Shown: positions 47,657-56,449, counted from the stretch's first letter. The stretch: 64,000 nucleotides of DNA from an uncultured Brevinematales bacterium (GCA_964428015.1 CAYRWR010000008.1:8916-72915), one strand, 5' to 3'. Numbers and translations are program-made. Notes: generated by a model from the letters alone, not told the origin.

Positions 47657-47807
47657 GCGCGCGGGAATCCAGGCACTTATCGTAATGATTTCGTTCCTGA
47701 AATTCCTGCTTTTTTCCTACGTTCCAGTTCTGTACAGGGCGGTAGTAACCTACCACGCGGGAGTACACTTCAGTGGGGATGACGATCTTTTTTTCAGTGG
47801 TTTCCAT
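47649..47807 (-). CDS. 52-aa stand-alone glycyl-radical domain of class III RNR (not in ORF track)
   Basis: My translation: METTEKKIVIPTEVYSRVVGYYRPVQNWNVGKKQEFQERNHYDKCLDSRAHV. EVYSRVVGYYRPV..WN.GK..EF..R is the conserved NrdD C-terminal radical-Gly motif. SD AAGGAG lies 10 nt upstream. ATG is 4 nt after the nrdD stop and in another frame. The stop overlaps the nrdG ATG. Confidence 0.7.
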   Translation of the reverse strand: METTEKKIVIPTEVYSRVVGYYRPVQNWNVGKKQEFQERNHYDKCLDSRAHV

Positions 47808-47811
47808 GTTT

Positions 47812-49953
47812 TTAAATCTCCTTATTCATTTCCAATGTATCTAAATATACTCCATACTTTTCCAGTTCTGCTTCGCTATGAGGGAGAGGACAGTGCGCGT
47901 GCTCTCCTCCGATATAGCCATGCACCGGGCAGACGGAAAAAGTGGGGGTGATAGAGAAATAGGGCAGACGGTATTGGCTGGCGATGATCCGGACCAGATT
48001 GGACATGGATTCCGGCCGGATATTTTTTTCACCCAGAAAGACGTGTATTACCGTGCCGCCGGTAAATTTGGACTGGAGGCTGTCCTGATGGTCCAGCAGC
48101 TCAAAAATGTCCGTAGTATGGTGGACGGGAAGATGCACAGAATTGGTATAGTAGGGGACCTCATGGGTACCGGAGTGCAGTATATCGGGCCAGGTCTTTT
48201 TATCGTTTTTAGCCAGACGGTAGGATGCCCCTTCCGCGGGGCTGGCTTCCAGATTGTAAAGATGACCTGTCTCTTCCTTATACTGGTCCATTCGGTTCAG
48301 CATAAAGTCCAGTACTTCTTCCGCAAAATCTTTGGCTTCGGGTTGGGCATAGTCTTTTTTGAGGAGGTTCATTACTGCCTCGTTCATACCCAATAGCCCT
48401 ATGGTAGAAAAATGATTGGTCCAGTAGTGCCCCGTGCGTCTTTTAATTTCCGCCAGGTAGACGCTGGTAAAGGGATATAGACCTTTTTCCGTTAATTCCT
48501 CCACCATCTTACGCTTGATCTCCAGTGAAGAGCGGGCTTTGTCCATGACTCCCCCCAGCAGCTGGAAGAATTCCCGCTCTGACTGAGCCTGGTAGGCCAG
48601 GCGAGGGAGGTTAATAGTCACTACCCCGATACTGCCGGTCATAGGATTGGCTGAAAACAATCCGCCCCGTTTAACTCCGCTATCGTGACTGGTTTCTGCA
48701 GATTTACCCAGCATCTGTTTTTTGACCTGTCGGTTATCGAGACGGAGGCGGCAGCACATGGAGCGCGCGTCTTCTTCGCTCATGTCGGAATTGATAAAAT
48801 TGCTGAAATAGGGTGTACCGTACTTGGCGGTCATTTCCCACAGAGGCTGGTAGGCAGGATTGGTCCAGTCAAATTCGCGGGTGATGTTATAAGTAGGGAT
48901 AGGAAAGGTAAAAGGCCGGCCATGTTTATCGCCCTCCAGCATCACTTCCGCGAAGGCACGGTTGATAAGGGTCATCTCTTCAGTATAATCCGCATAGGCA
49001 CTGTTATGTAATTTTCCCCCGATGATCACAGCCTGTCTGGCCAGATAGGAGGGTACAGTCAGGTCAAAGGTCAGATTGGTAAATGGTGTCTGAAAACCGA
49101 CCCGGGTGGGTACATTCAGGTTGAACACAAATTCCTGCATGCACTGCTTTACATCTTTATATTCCAGGCGGTCATGCCGGATAAAAGGGGCCAGCAGGGT
49201 GTCAAAATTAGCAAAAGCCTGGGCTCCGGCGGCTTCACCCTGAAGGGTGTAGAAAAAGTTTACGATCTGGCCCAGGGCGGTGCGTAAATGACTAGGTGGA
49301 CCTGAAGATATCTTGCCACTCACTCCCCCGAACCCCATCATCAGGAGCTGTTCCAGATCCCAGCCCACGCAGTAGGCAGACAGTAGCCCCAGGTCATGAA
49401 TATGAAAATCTCCCCTGCGGTGTGACTCGCCGATCTCCGGGGTGTAGATACGGGTTAGCCAGTAGTTGGCGGTCAGCGATGAAGCTATGTGTGAATTTAG
49501 ACCCTGCAGAGAATAGCTCATGTTGGAGTTTTCATTGACTCTCCAGTCCTGGAGCTGAAGATAATCATCGATTGTTTTGAGACTTTCCTGAAAGGCCTGA
49601 TCCATATGTCGGGCTTCACTCCGTTTGGACCGGTACAGGATATAGGCTTTGGCAGTACGCCGGTAGCCCATATTCATGAGGGTGTCTTCCACCATATCCT
49701 GAATATGTTCGATGTCTACTACTTCTGTTTCCAGCCGGTGAATCACAAAACCGGCACATTGCCAGGCTTCTCCCGGGCTGCCTTCACCACAAGCCTCAAA
49801 AGCCTTGGCTACTGCGCCAGCTATACGGCTGATGTCAAAGTCGACGACTCGCCCGTCCCGTTTCCGGACCAGACTGGCTTTACCTTCGGTTTTTTTGTTT
49901 TTCTGAATCTCCAATACTAACTGTTCCACGATATCCCCTCCGCTTATTTGCAT
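47812..49953 (-). CDS. nrdD: anaerobic ribonucleoside-triphosphate reductase, large (catalytic) polypeptide lacking the glycyl-radical tail
   Basis: 713 aa. N-terminal ATP-cone (LVRKRDGRVVDFDISRIAGAVAKAF). Core motifs MCCRLRLD, NLPRLAYQ, PYYTNS. Ends after CPVHGYIGGEHAHCP... with no RxxGY motif. Confidence 0.9.
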   Translation of the reverse strand: MQISGGDIVEQLVLEIQKNKKTEGKASLVRKRDGRVVDFDISRIAGAVAKAFEACGEGSPGEAWQCAGFVIHRLETEVVDIEHIQDMVEDTLMNMGYRRTAKAYILYRSKRSEARHMDQAFQESLKTIDDYLQLQDWRVNENSNMSYSLQGLNSHIASSLTANYWLTRIYTPEIGESHRRGDFHIHDLGLLSAYCVGWDLEQLLMMGFGGVSGKISSGPPSHLRTALGQIVNFFYTLQGEAAGAQAFANFDTLLAPFIRHDRLEYKDVKQCMQEFVFNLNVPTRVGFQTPFTNLTFDLTVPSYLARQAVIIGGKLHNSAYADYTEEMTLINRAFAEVMLEGDKHGRPFTFPIPTYNITREFDWTNPAYQPLWEMTAKYGTPYFSNFINSDMSEEDARSMCCRLRLDNRQVKKQMLGKSAETSHDSGVKRGGLFSANPMTGSIGVVTINLPRLAYQAQSEREFFQLLGGVMDKARSSLEIKRKMVEELTEKGLYPFTSVYLAEIKRRTGHYWTNHFSTIGLLGMNEAVMNLLKKDYAQPEAKDFAEEVLDFMLNRMDQYKEETGHLYNLEASPAEGASYRLAKNDKKTWPDILHSGTHEVPYYTNSVHLPVHHTTDIFELLDHQDSLQSKFTGGTVIHVFLGEKNIRPESMSNLVRIIASQYRLPYFSITPTFSVCPVHGYIGGEHAHCPLPHSEAELEKYGVYLDTLEMNKEI

Positions 49954-50040
49954 AAGACCTGGTCAATACCGTGAGCCGGCACAGGATTTTCCACAATGGG
50001 AAAGCTGATTGATCAGATCTTTCAATCCACCCCGAATGAA

Positions 50041-50228
50041 AGTTGTCTGCAGCAACACGAACAGGTCTTCCGACTTATGAGGCTAAGGTCTTTCCTGGGA
50101 AGCAAGCTGTTCTCCCGACCTTCGCGGTTTCCCACTGGACAGGTGCTGGCTTCCTTGTTCCTCATTTACGGCTGCGGGGGCAGTCGGGGATTCTCACCCC
50201 ATTCCCTTCGAATATCCGCGTGCTGTGA
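50041..50228 (-). promoter_or_regulatory. cobalamin (B12) riboswitch in the nrdD leader
   Basis: The minus strand reads GAAGGGAAUGGGGUGAGAAUCCCCGACUGCCCCCGCAGCCGUAA (50209-50166). This matches the conserved AGGGAA / GGUG..AAUCC / CCCGC..C.GUAA core. It is followed by the B12-box-like GAAGCCAGCACCUGUCC (50153-50137). Confidence 0.8.
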
Positions 50229-50233
50229 TTCTT

Positions 50234-50262
50234 ATTATGCCGGACAGTTCTGAAAAACGCAA
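50234..50262 (-). promoter_or_regulatory. sigma-70 promoter of the riboswitch-nrdD transcript
   Basis: Minus strand TTGCGT (50262-50257)-17 nt-CATAAT (50239-50234), immediately upstream of the riboswitch. Confidence 0.5.
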
Positions 50263-50284
50263 GACTTTTCAAAAAAAATCTTAT

Positions 50285-53068
50285 TCAAAACTGTCTGTCT
50301 GAAAAATATTCTCCCACCTGTTTTTGCAAGGGGGATATTCGTTGGGGAATTTTATCATCCTGGAATAAATATCCCGCGTCATAGGAGATGCCCCAGTGAT
50401 AACCCCATCTGTTGTCATTGATGGCATAGTAGACTTCACCGGCTACCCGGAGACCGATATACTGGAAGAGCACCATGTTGAGGCTCATGGAAACATACAA
50501 GCTATGGTAATAATCCTGCAGCAGACTGGCGGCACGGTAGCCTGCCAGAGAGTATAGCCTCTGGATGTAAAAGGGTAGAGCACCCAAACCTCTTTGTATT
50601 TCCAGACTAAACAGATTCATCCTGGCATTGGCGTAGAGGTAGAGAGTCCCGCTATCCGGCCGCAGGGCATATTCAGATAGGAGAGGTTTGTAATGGTAGT
50701 AAAAATCAAAATCACTCCCGCTCAGCGATAAACTACTGTTCAGCACCCAGGCGGCATGCATGGTCACGAATAGAGGCAGGGCCTGAGGGGAAAAGAAGGT
50801 GTCTGCTTCTATCTTCCACTTATCGCCCTGGAAAGGGTGATCCAGATAGAGACTGAACTGTATGCCTCTGGCCCGGGGAAAAGGATACAAACCGGTATAA
50901 CTGGATATCCGGGCCCATATTCCCCATTGAGTAGTCAGGAAGCTGTAGGGTGTGGCATATACCTGAGGAGAGTCAATGCTGATAAAGCTGAAGGCATCAT
51001 GTATCAGACTAAAACCCAGATGCAGGAAATGATTCACAGGCAGAAAATACCAGGTATGGCCTATGTCCAGGGAGATACTGGTACTGCGGAATTTATACGC
51101 GCTCAAATCAGGTTTAAAGAGTTCATCTTTAAAGCTGATCATCCAGGGTAATTCCGTAGCGGTATTCTGCCAGGTGATATCCAGATTGACAAATGGGGCC
51201 AGCAGGCTGTAATCCAGGTAGGGCATGATAATATTATTGCGGGAGGGGTCAGCCAGGTAGGTGACCAGTCCGATCCCCTGCAGGGATGTCCCGTACAGGT
51301 GGGGCCAGGGTGCCCATAATTGGGGCTTGAGAAAAGCCAGTGTTTTGTAGGGTTTCTCTGTGAGGTGAGTGACTGGAGGTAATGGAGCTTGATTGGTCAG
51401 ATTCAGCTCTTGCCACTGGACCCTGCTGGTGAGCGGGTGTATACCTGAGGGTAGCTGCATCAGTTTGTCACCCCGGGAAAACTGTCCCAGATAATACAAC
51501 CGGTCTGAAGTAATCAGGGGCAGGTGAATGCCACCCAGAATCTGATTGGTATATTGATAGAGGATGTCTCCTTCTATATAGGCTCCCTGACTCAAACCTC
51601 TGCCGTCATGCCAGGAAAAACAAATCTGATTAGAATGGACAGAGATATCCCTTATCTGAGGCAGAAGGGGTGTATTCGGACTTTCCGGTTGCGTCATAAT
51701 TTCCACAGAATTATTGTCCGGGTTAAATCGCGCGATATACTTTAATCCATGCAGACGCAGTGAAAAAAGGATACTGCCGTCCTGCCGGGAGGAAGGGCTC
51801 CCGAAATACATTTCCGGTTCACCCTGGAGTAGCACCTTTACTCCTTCCGGAGAGAGAAAGACCAGATCGGTGAGAAACCCCCGGGGCTGTACGGCGACGA
51901 TGCCGTCCCGGTAAAACCCGGCTTCTCTCACACCCGTCCATTGAACTTTTTCCCAGTGATGCCGTCTCAGGTCAAAAACCTGGACCAACAGACGGGGCTT
52001 GCCTCTTAACAGTGAAGACCGGCTGACCAGCAGGCGCCTACCGTCTGGGTGTAGTACCAGGCGGTCTATATAAGCATCAGTTTTTACTACCAGTTTTTCT
52101 TTGTGAGTGGCGGTGTCATAGCTGTATATAGCCTGTCGGAAGCCATCCTGATAGTATAGCAACCTGCCGTCACTGACTATTGAATCGACAGACAGGTAGG
52201 GCTTTAGGATGATATTGGTATTGGTGAGGAGGGGGAAATCCAGGATCATTGTCTTCCGGAAATCCTGCCATTCCTGTCTCAGACTATTGGTATAGGTGAG
52301 ACGGAAGCTGCCGGGCAGCATCAAAAAAGGATTACCCCCTCCGGTCCGGTGCCAGAGTTCCCGGTACTTATCCAGGCCGTATTTGCCAATCAAAAACCGG
52401 TTGAAATATCCCCCGTAGTGATAAATGATCCTCCCTCCAGGGTAGAGGTCAAAACCTCCGCTAGCCTGACTCAAGGATTTAAATCTGCCCTCAGCCTGAT
52501 CCTGGCGCAGTTCATCCTTAACTATATTTAAATTACCCCGGCCGAAACCGTCCAGACTTTCTACACTGACGGTCACCCCTTCTACCATAAAGCCGGGTAT
52601 CATGTACATCTGAGGCAGGACCCAGCTGCCGAAAAGGTGGTAGGCAAATTCCATCAAGGGGCCCCGGATGGTCAGAGATACGGCATGAGCGAGTTCATGG
52701 ATAAATAGTGCCTGGAGGTAGTCGGGATTATGGGCGATGACTGAATCGTTTTCGGAAGGATAGACATAAAGCACAATATGATTTTGAGGGAGGGGCAGAG
52801 AGTAGCCATTAGCCCCCTGATAATCATCAGAGAGCAGGACAGTGATGCGGTCAGTGCTGGCCCGCTGCAGCAAGCCCTGGACTCTTTCATAATAACTGTC
52901 GGCAAATCCAGCCAGACGCTGCGCTTCATAGCGACTGTAGTCTGAGTATAGTATATCAAAATATTTGGTACTGATTTGGAATAACCGTGTGCCGGGGGCT
53001 GTTTCGCCGCTAAAGGAAAAAGTGGTCAATAGAAAGATTAGCAGCAGAAAGTAAACAGATTTTTTCAT
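50285..53068 (-). CDS. large outer-membrane protein, distant paralog of 13377-16226 (HExxH peptidase-like N-terminus, beta-propeller-like middle, beta-barrel-like C-terminus)
   Basis: Signal MKKSVYFLLLIFLLTTFSFS. FIHELAHAVS...FMVEGVTVS. Same N-terminal layout as the other protein (F.I.Y...A.......I.VLL...HELxHA). Aromatic-rich alternating C-terminal third ending ...YFSDRQF. Confidence 0.65.
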   Translation of the reverse strand: MKKSVYFLLLIFLLTTFSFSGETAPGTRLFQISTKYFDILYSDYSRYEAQRLAGFADSYYERVQGLLQRASTDRITVLLSDDYQGANGYSLPLPQNHIVLYVYPSENDSVIAHNPDYLQALFIHELAHAVSLTIRGPLMEFAYHLFGSWVLPQMYMIPGFMVEGVTVSVESLDGFGRGNLNIVKDELRQDQAEGRFKSLSQASGGFDLYPGGRIIYHYGGYFNRFLIGKYGLDKYRELWHRTGGGNPFLMLPGSFRLTYTNSLRQEWQDFRKTMILDFPLLTNTNIILKPYLSVDSIVSDGRLLYYQDGFRQAIYSYDTATHKEKLVVKTDAYIDRLVLHPDGRRLLVSRSSLLRGKPRLLVQVFDLRRHHWEKVQWTGVREAGFYRDGIVAVQPRGFLTDLVFLSPEGVKVLLQGEPEMYFGSPSSRQDGSILFSLRLHGLKYIARFNPDNNSVEIMTQPESPNTPLLPQIRDISVHSNQICFSWHDGRGLSQGAYIEGDILYQYTNQILGGIHLPLITSDRLYYLGQFSRGDKLMQLPSGIHPLTSRVQWQELNLTNQAPLPPVTHLTEKPYKTLAFLKPQLWAPWPHLYGTSLQGIGLVTYLADPSRNNIIMPYLDYSLLAPFVNLDITWQNTATELPWMISFKDELFKPDLSAYKFRSTSISLDIGHTWYFLPVNHFLHLGFSLIHDAFSFISIDSPQVYATPYSFLTTQWGIWARISSYTGLYPFPRARGIQFSLYLDHPFQGDKWKIEADTFFSPQALPLFVTMHAAWVLNSSLSLSGSDFDFYYHYKPLLSEYALRPDSGTLYLYANARMNLFSLEIQRGLGALPFYIQRLYSLAGYRAASLLQDYYHSLYVSMSLNMVLFQYIGLRVAGEVYYAINDNRWGYHWGISYDAGYLFQDDKIPQRISPLQKQVGEYFSDRQF

Positions 53069-53156
53069 AGTTACCCCGGAGTTTTTATTTATTTTAACAT
53101 GTAACTCCTGCTAATAAAAGAAAAACCGGATACACCTAAAATATTTCTGAAAAAAA

Positions 53157-53185
53157 TTGACAAAATTAACCAACTCTCTTATCAT
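53157..53185 (+). promoter_or_regulatory. candidate sigma-70 promoter
   Basis: TTGACA (53157-53162)-17 nt-TATCAT (53180-53185). An 8-bp hairpin ATGCACTG-AAT-CAGTGCAT (53197-53215) lies in the leader. Confidence 0.5.
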
Positions 53186-53255
53186 ATTCCCGCATGATGC
53201 ACTGAATCAGTGCATACAGCATTAAAAAAGTGATAAAAAATTTCGGAGGAAAGTA

Positions 53256-53801
53256 ATGAAAATGAGGTTATGGTTGACTGTGGTGGTCGCGGCTCTGGCT
53301 CTGAGTACTGGTTGTTCTTTAAACGATGTTAAGGCTTATGGCCCTGGTGAAGTGGTGGTATATGATGATGGTGACCTGGTCATCACTTCAGAAAAACTGT
53401 CTGATATTTCTGTTCCTGAAGTTGGACAGGCTCAGACTATGGGTGTGACTGCACCGTCTACTGCTAATGTCTGGCGTATATCCCAGGAAGTCCTGCGTTA
53501 CTACCGCCAGGGTGGAACTCTGTATGTTTCCGGTCAGCTCAAAGTTGACGCTGGTGTCAAGAATCTGGCTTATTCCAAGACTGTAGGTATCCGTTATACT
53601 GTAAATAACTGGGCCAGCTGGACTGATTCCAATGGCAGCTGGAGCTATCATGTCGACTCCAATAATACTGACGTGTTCACCATTTATTCCGCGTCTACTA
53701 TCAATCCTGGAGCTACTATGAAGTATGCTATCTACTTCAAGGTAAGCGGTCAGACCTACTGGGACAACAATAACTCTGCTAATTACACTGCCCAGTTCTA
53801 A
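53256..53801 (+). CDS. lipoprotein with CBM21-like starch/glycogen-binding module
   Basis: Lipobox LALSTGC. The C-terminal VKNLAYSKTVGIRYTVNNWASWTDS...DVFTIY...MKYAIYFKVSGQTYWDNNNSANY follows the CBM21 pattern (V.N..F.K.V.VRYT.D.W....D......F.......LEFAI.Y.V.G..YWDNN.G.NY). Confidence 0.65.
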   Translation: MKMRLWLTVVVAALALSTGCSLNDVKAYGPGEVVVYDDGDLVITSEKLSDISVPEVGQAQTMGVTAPSTANVWRISQEVLRYYRQGGTLYVSGQLKVDAGVKNLAYSKTVGIRYTVNNWASWTDSNGSWSYHVDSNNTDVFTIYSASTINPGATMKYAIYFKVSGQTYWDNNNSANYTAQF

Positions 53802-53812
53802 ACATTTCTATT

Positions 53813-53846
53813 AAAAAAAGCCCCCTGTAAAGGGGGCTTTTTTTTT
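53813..53846. terminator. bidirectional rho-independent terminator
   Basis: A-run, then GCCCCC-TGTAAA-GGGGGC (53820-53837), then a T-run of 9. Confidence 0.85.
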
Positions 53847-53914
53847 GTCCTTAAACTTGTTGGTATTGGCTTAATATGGTAAAGTTACAAATCTGAAAAG
53901 AGCGGAGGTGAATA

Positions 53915-54274
53915 GTGGCAGATGATGTGGAATACCTGGGAAATGACCGGAGAAGGGCATCCGGTCCCATTCTGAACTGTACCCGGACTTTTTATTCTAC
54001 CGATACAGAACCTTGTGTTATGACTGAGTTCCAGGGCCAGGAGTGGTACCATGGTACAGGAGTCAGGCCGGAGGATCATCCCGGTCGCTCAGTTTTACGT
54101 ATTCTGGACCAGCACCTTCCGGGGACAGAGTGCGGGTTTTGCCAAAGTAAAAACGTACTGGTGATTTCCCTGCAGGGCTGTGTGTCCTGGAATTCCGGAG
54201 ATGCCTATTATGACTATGAAGTGAAATGCCAGGACTGCGGGAAATTTTCGTCATTTTCTTATTCTGAGAATTAG
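53915..54274 (+). CDS. hypothetical protein with C-terminal Cys-pair (zinc-ribbon-like) motifs
   Basis: GTG 53915 lies 6 nt after GGAGG. 119 aa. ...GTECGFCQSKN...VKCQDCGKF. No homolog recognised. Confidence 0.4.
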   Translation: MADDVEYLGNDRRRASGPILNCTRTFYSTDTEPCVMTEFQGQEWYHGTGVRPEDHPGRSVLRILDQHLPGTECGFCQSKNVLVISLQGCVSWNSGDAYYDYEVKCQDCGKFSSFSYSEN

Positions 54275-54284
54275 ATATTAGTGC

Positions 54285-54647
54285 TCAGTCATTTCTATGT
54301 TTTAAACCCAGCCCTTCCGCCAGTGTATAATATTCCTCTGCCTTGTCACGGTTACCGTTGATCTCCCAGGAGTGCCCCATATTGACATAGAGTGAAGGCA
54401 GAAATTCATTTATGGAGTCATTATCTGTACGCAGGGCGCAGTCCAGAGCGGTCTGGTTCCAGTGCAGTGTATCCTGGGGAGTATCCTGAAACCTGGCTAC
54501 ATAATGAGCGGCGATACAGCGTTCATAGTCATCCTGAGCCGAGTCCCAGGCCTGCTGATACAGGCGGCGGGCATCCTCACTGTGATGCTCGAATTCAGCG
54601 CGTGTACCCTGCATACAAAGCTGTATAATAGGATTATGTATATCCAT
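54285..54647 (-). CDS. hypothetical helical (TPR-like) protein
   Basis: SD AAGGA. 120 aa. Helical-repeat character (ARRLYQQAWDSAQDDYERCIAAHYVARF...DKAEEYYTLAEGLG). Confidence 0.5.
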   Translation of the reverse strand: MDIHNPIIQLCMQGTRAEFEHHSEDARRLYQQAWDSAQDDYERCIAAHYVARFQDTPQDTLHWNQTALDCALRTDNDSINEFLPSLYVNMGHSWEINGNRDKAEEYYTLAEGLGLKHRND

Positions 54648-54692
54648 AGTGATTCCTTATCAAAGGGGATTACTCCCGGGACAGAGCGGCAT

Positions 54693-55037
54693 CTAGCGGG
54701 GATTTTTACACTCTTTGCATTGACTTTCCGGGATATGGGTGACAAAGGCCCCGAGATGGGTAGAGTCGGCCACGCCATCATATTCCGCGAAGTTGTTGCG
54801 GATCACGCATTTGAACCAGGCCAGGGGATCTGCAAAGTCTGAGTCCAGGTCTCGTCCGCACTGGCAGCGGCCTGATTGACGGTAGGCGGAGATATCCGCG
54901 TCGATGAGGGTTCGTCCCATATCTTCTTTATAAAAATCATCCAGGGTCATAGCTTCATGCGCCTTGCCCAGCCACAGTTCTACCCAGATTTCGTCCTCGT
55001 GTACAAAATATTCCAGGCTGATCCTGCCCCTATCCAT
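54693..55037 (-). CDS. hypothetical protein
   Basis: ATG directly abuts the murF stop (AAA TAG ATG) with GGAG 8 nt upstream. 114 aa. C-terminal CKEC pair. Confidence 0.5.
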   Translation of the reverse strand: MDRGRISLEYFVHEDEIWVELWLGKAHEAMTLDDFYKEDMGRTLIDADISAYRQSGRCQCGRDLDSDFADPLAWFKCVIRNNFAEYDGVADSTHLGAFVTHIPESQCKECKNPR

Positions 55038-56396
55038 CTATTTTGCTCCTGTCAGGGCTTTGACCACCTCTTCCAGGTGCATGCCCCGCGAGGCCTTGAC
55101 CAGCACGGTATCCCCGGATCTGACCTGCTCTCTGCTCAGCTTGACCAGGCCGTCCAGGTCATCGGCCCACATTGTCTGTATGGAGGCATGACGCAGAACC
55201 GACTCGATCTCCCGGCTGAGAGGGCCGTAGCCCAGTACCAGATCGGCAGCCTGCTCAGCCCCGATGAATTCACCTATCATACGGTGCAGAGGAGCGGCAT
55301 GGCGGCCCAGCTCCAGCATGTCCGACAGGATGGCTACCCGCCGGGGCTTGAGACCGGACAGTAGACGCAGCGCCGCCTGCATGGAGGAGGGGTTGGCATT
55401 ATAGCAGTCGTTTATGAGAGTGATATCATTTTTTTTGATTATCTCGCTGCGCTGGGCTACGGCAGAGAATTTCTGTACCGCGTCGATACGATCGGCGAGA
55501 CCTACCTGGTAAAATTCACCCACAGCCAGTCCGGCCGCCAGGTTTTCCAGGTTGTGCTGACCCGGCAGGGGAAAACGGAACTCCTGACCCTGGTAGGACA
55601 ACAGATAGCCCTCCAGCCCCAGGTCCTGCACTATGGTGAGATCTGATTTGCCGTATTCGATCACGGTAGCCGGGCATTTGGCCTGAAAGTAGCTGAAGTA
55701 GCTGTCGTCCCGGTTCAGGAACATAAAGCCCCGGGGATTGAGCCCGGTGAAGATCTCGCTCTTGGCGTCGGCGATGGCATCCTGTGAGCCCAGCAGTCCG
55801 ATGTGCGCGTAGCCCACGTTAGTGATCAGCCCCACCAGCGGCTCCGACATCTGGGACAGACGCATGATCTCCCCGGTATGATTCATACCCATCTCCAGTA
55901 CCATGATGTGACTGGTGGGAGGTGCCTCCAGCATGGTGAGGGGCAGACCGATTTCATTATTGAGATTTTTACGGGCGCTATGGATATTGTATTTCCGGGA
56001 CAGGATGGCCACGATCAGCTCCCGGGTAGTGGTCTTGCCCGAGCTGCCGGTGAGTGCCATTACCGAGCAGAAGATCTCGTTCTTATAGGTCTTAGCCAGT
56101 TGGCCCAGCGCGGTCAGACTATCATTGACCAGCCACACCCGGCTGTCAGTGAGCAGAGGCAGTACTTTTTTGCCGCCTTTCTTTTCGAGGATAAAGATCC
56201 GCACTCCCTGCTGCCAGGCCTGCACCGCAAAGGCATTGCCGTCGAAATTATCCCCTTTGATCCCGATGAAGCACTGTCCCGGCTGAATAGTCCGGCTATC
56301 GGTGGAAAAGCTGTCTACTCTGAACTCCCCGGGAGTTCCCTGTTCCATGGGAGGGTTTTTCAGAGCCTGTTCAAAAAAACGCTGGTCAAATATCAT
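55038..56396 (-). CDS. murF: UDP-N-acetylmuramoyl-tripeptide--D-alanyl-D-alanine ligase
   Basis: 452 aa. Mur ligase P-loop ALTGSSGKTTTRELI. VLEMGMNHTGEI. NDCYNANPSSM. LGDMLELG-like ILSDMLELG. Confidence 0.9.
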   Translation of the reverse strand: MIFDQRFFEQALKNPPMEQGTPGEFRVDSFSTDSRTIQPGQCFIGIKGDNFDGNAFAVQAWQQGVRIFILEKKGGKKVLPLLTDSRVWLVNDSLTALGQLAKTYKNEIFCSVMALTGSSGKTTTRELIVAILSRKYNIHSARKNLNNEIGLPLTMLEAPPTSHIMVLEMGMNHTGEIMRLSQMSEPLVGLITNVGYAHIGLLGSQDAIADAKSEIFTGLNPRGFMFLNRDDSYFSYFQAKCPATVIEYGKSDLTIVQDLGLEGYLLSYQGQEFRFPLPGQHNLENLAAGLAVGEFYQVGLADRIDAVQKFSAVAQRSEIIKKNDITLINDCYNANPSSMQAALRLLSGLKPRRVAILSDMLELGRHAAPLHRMIGEFIGAEQAADLVLGYGPLSREIESVLRHASIQTMWADDLDGLVKLSREQVRSGDTVLVKASRGMHLEEVVKALTGAK

Positions 56397-56420
56397 TTGG
56401 ATACCTCTTTCCTGATTCTG

Positions 56421-56449
56421 ATTATAGCATTTTCAGGGAAAATTGACAA
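56421..56449 (-). promoter_or_regulatory. sigma-70 promoter of murF
   Basis: Minus strand TTGTCA (56449-56444)-17 nt-TATAAT (56426-56421), then AAGAGG and ATG 56396. Confidence 0.55.
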
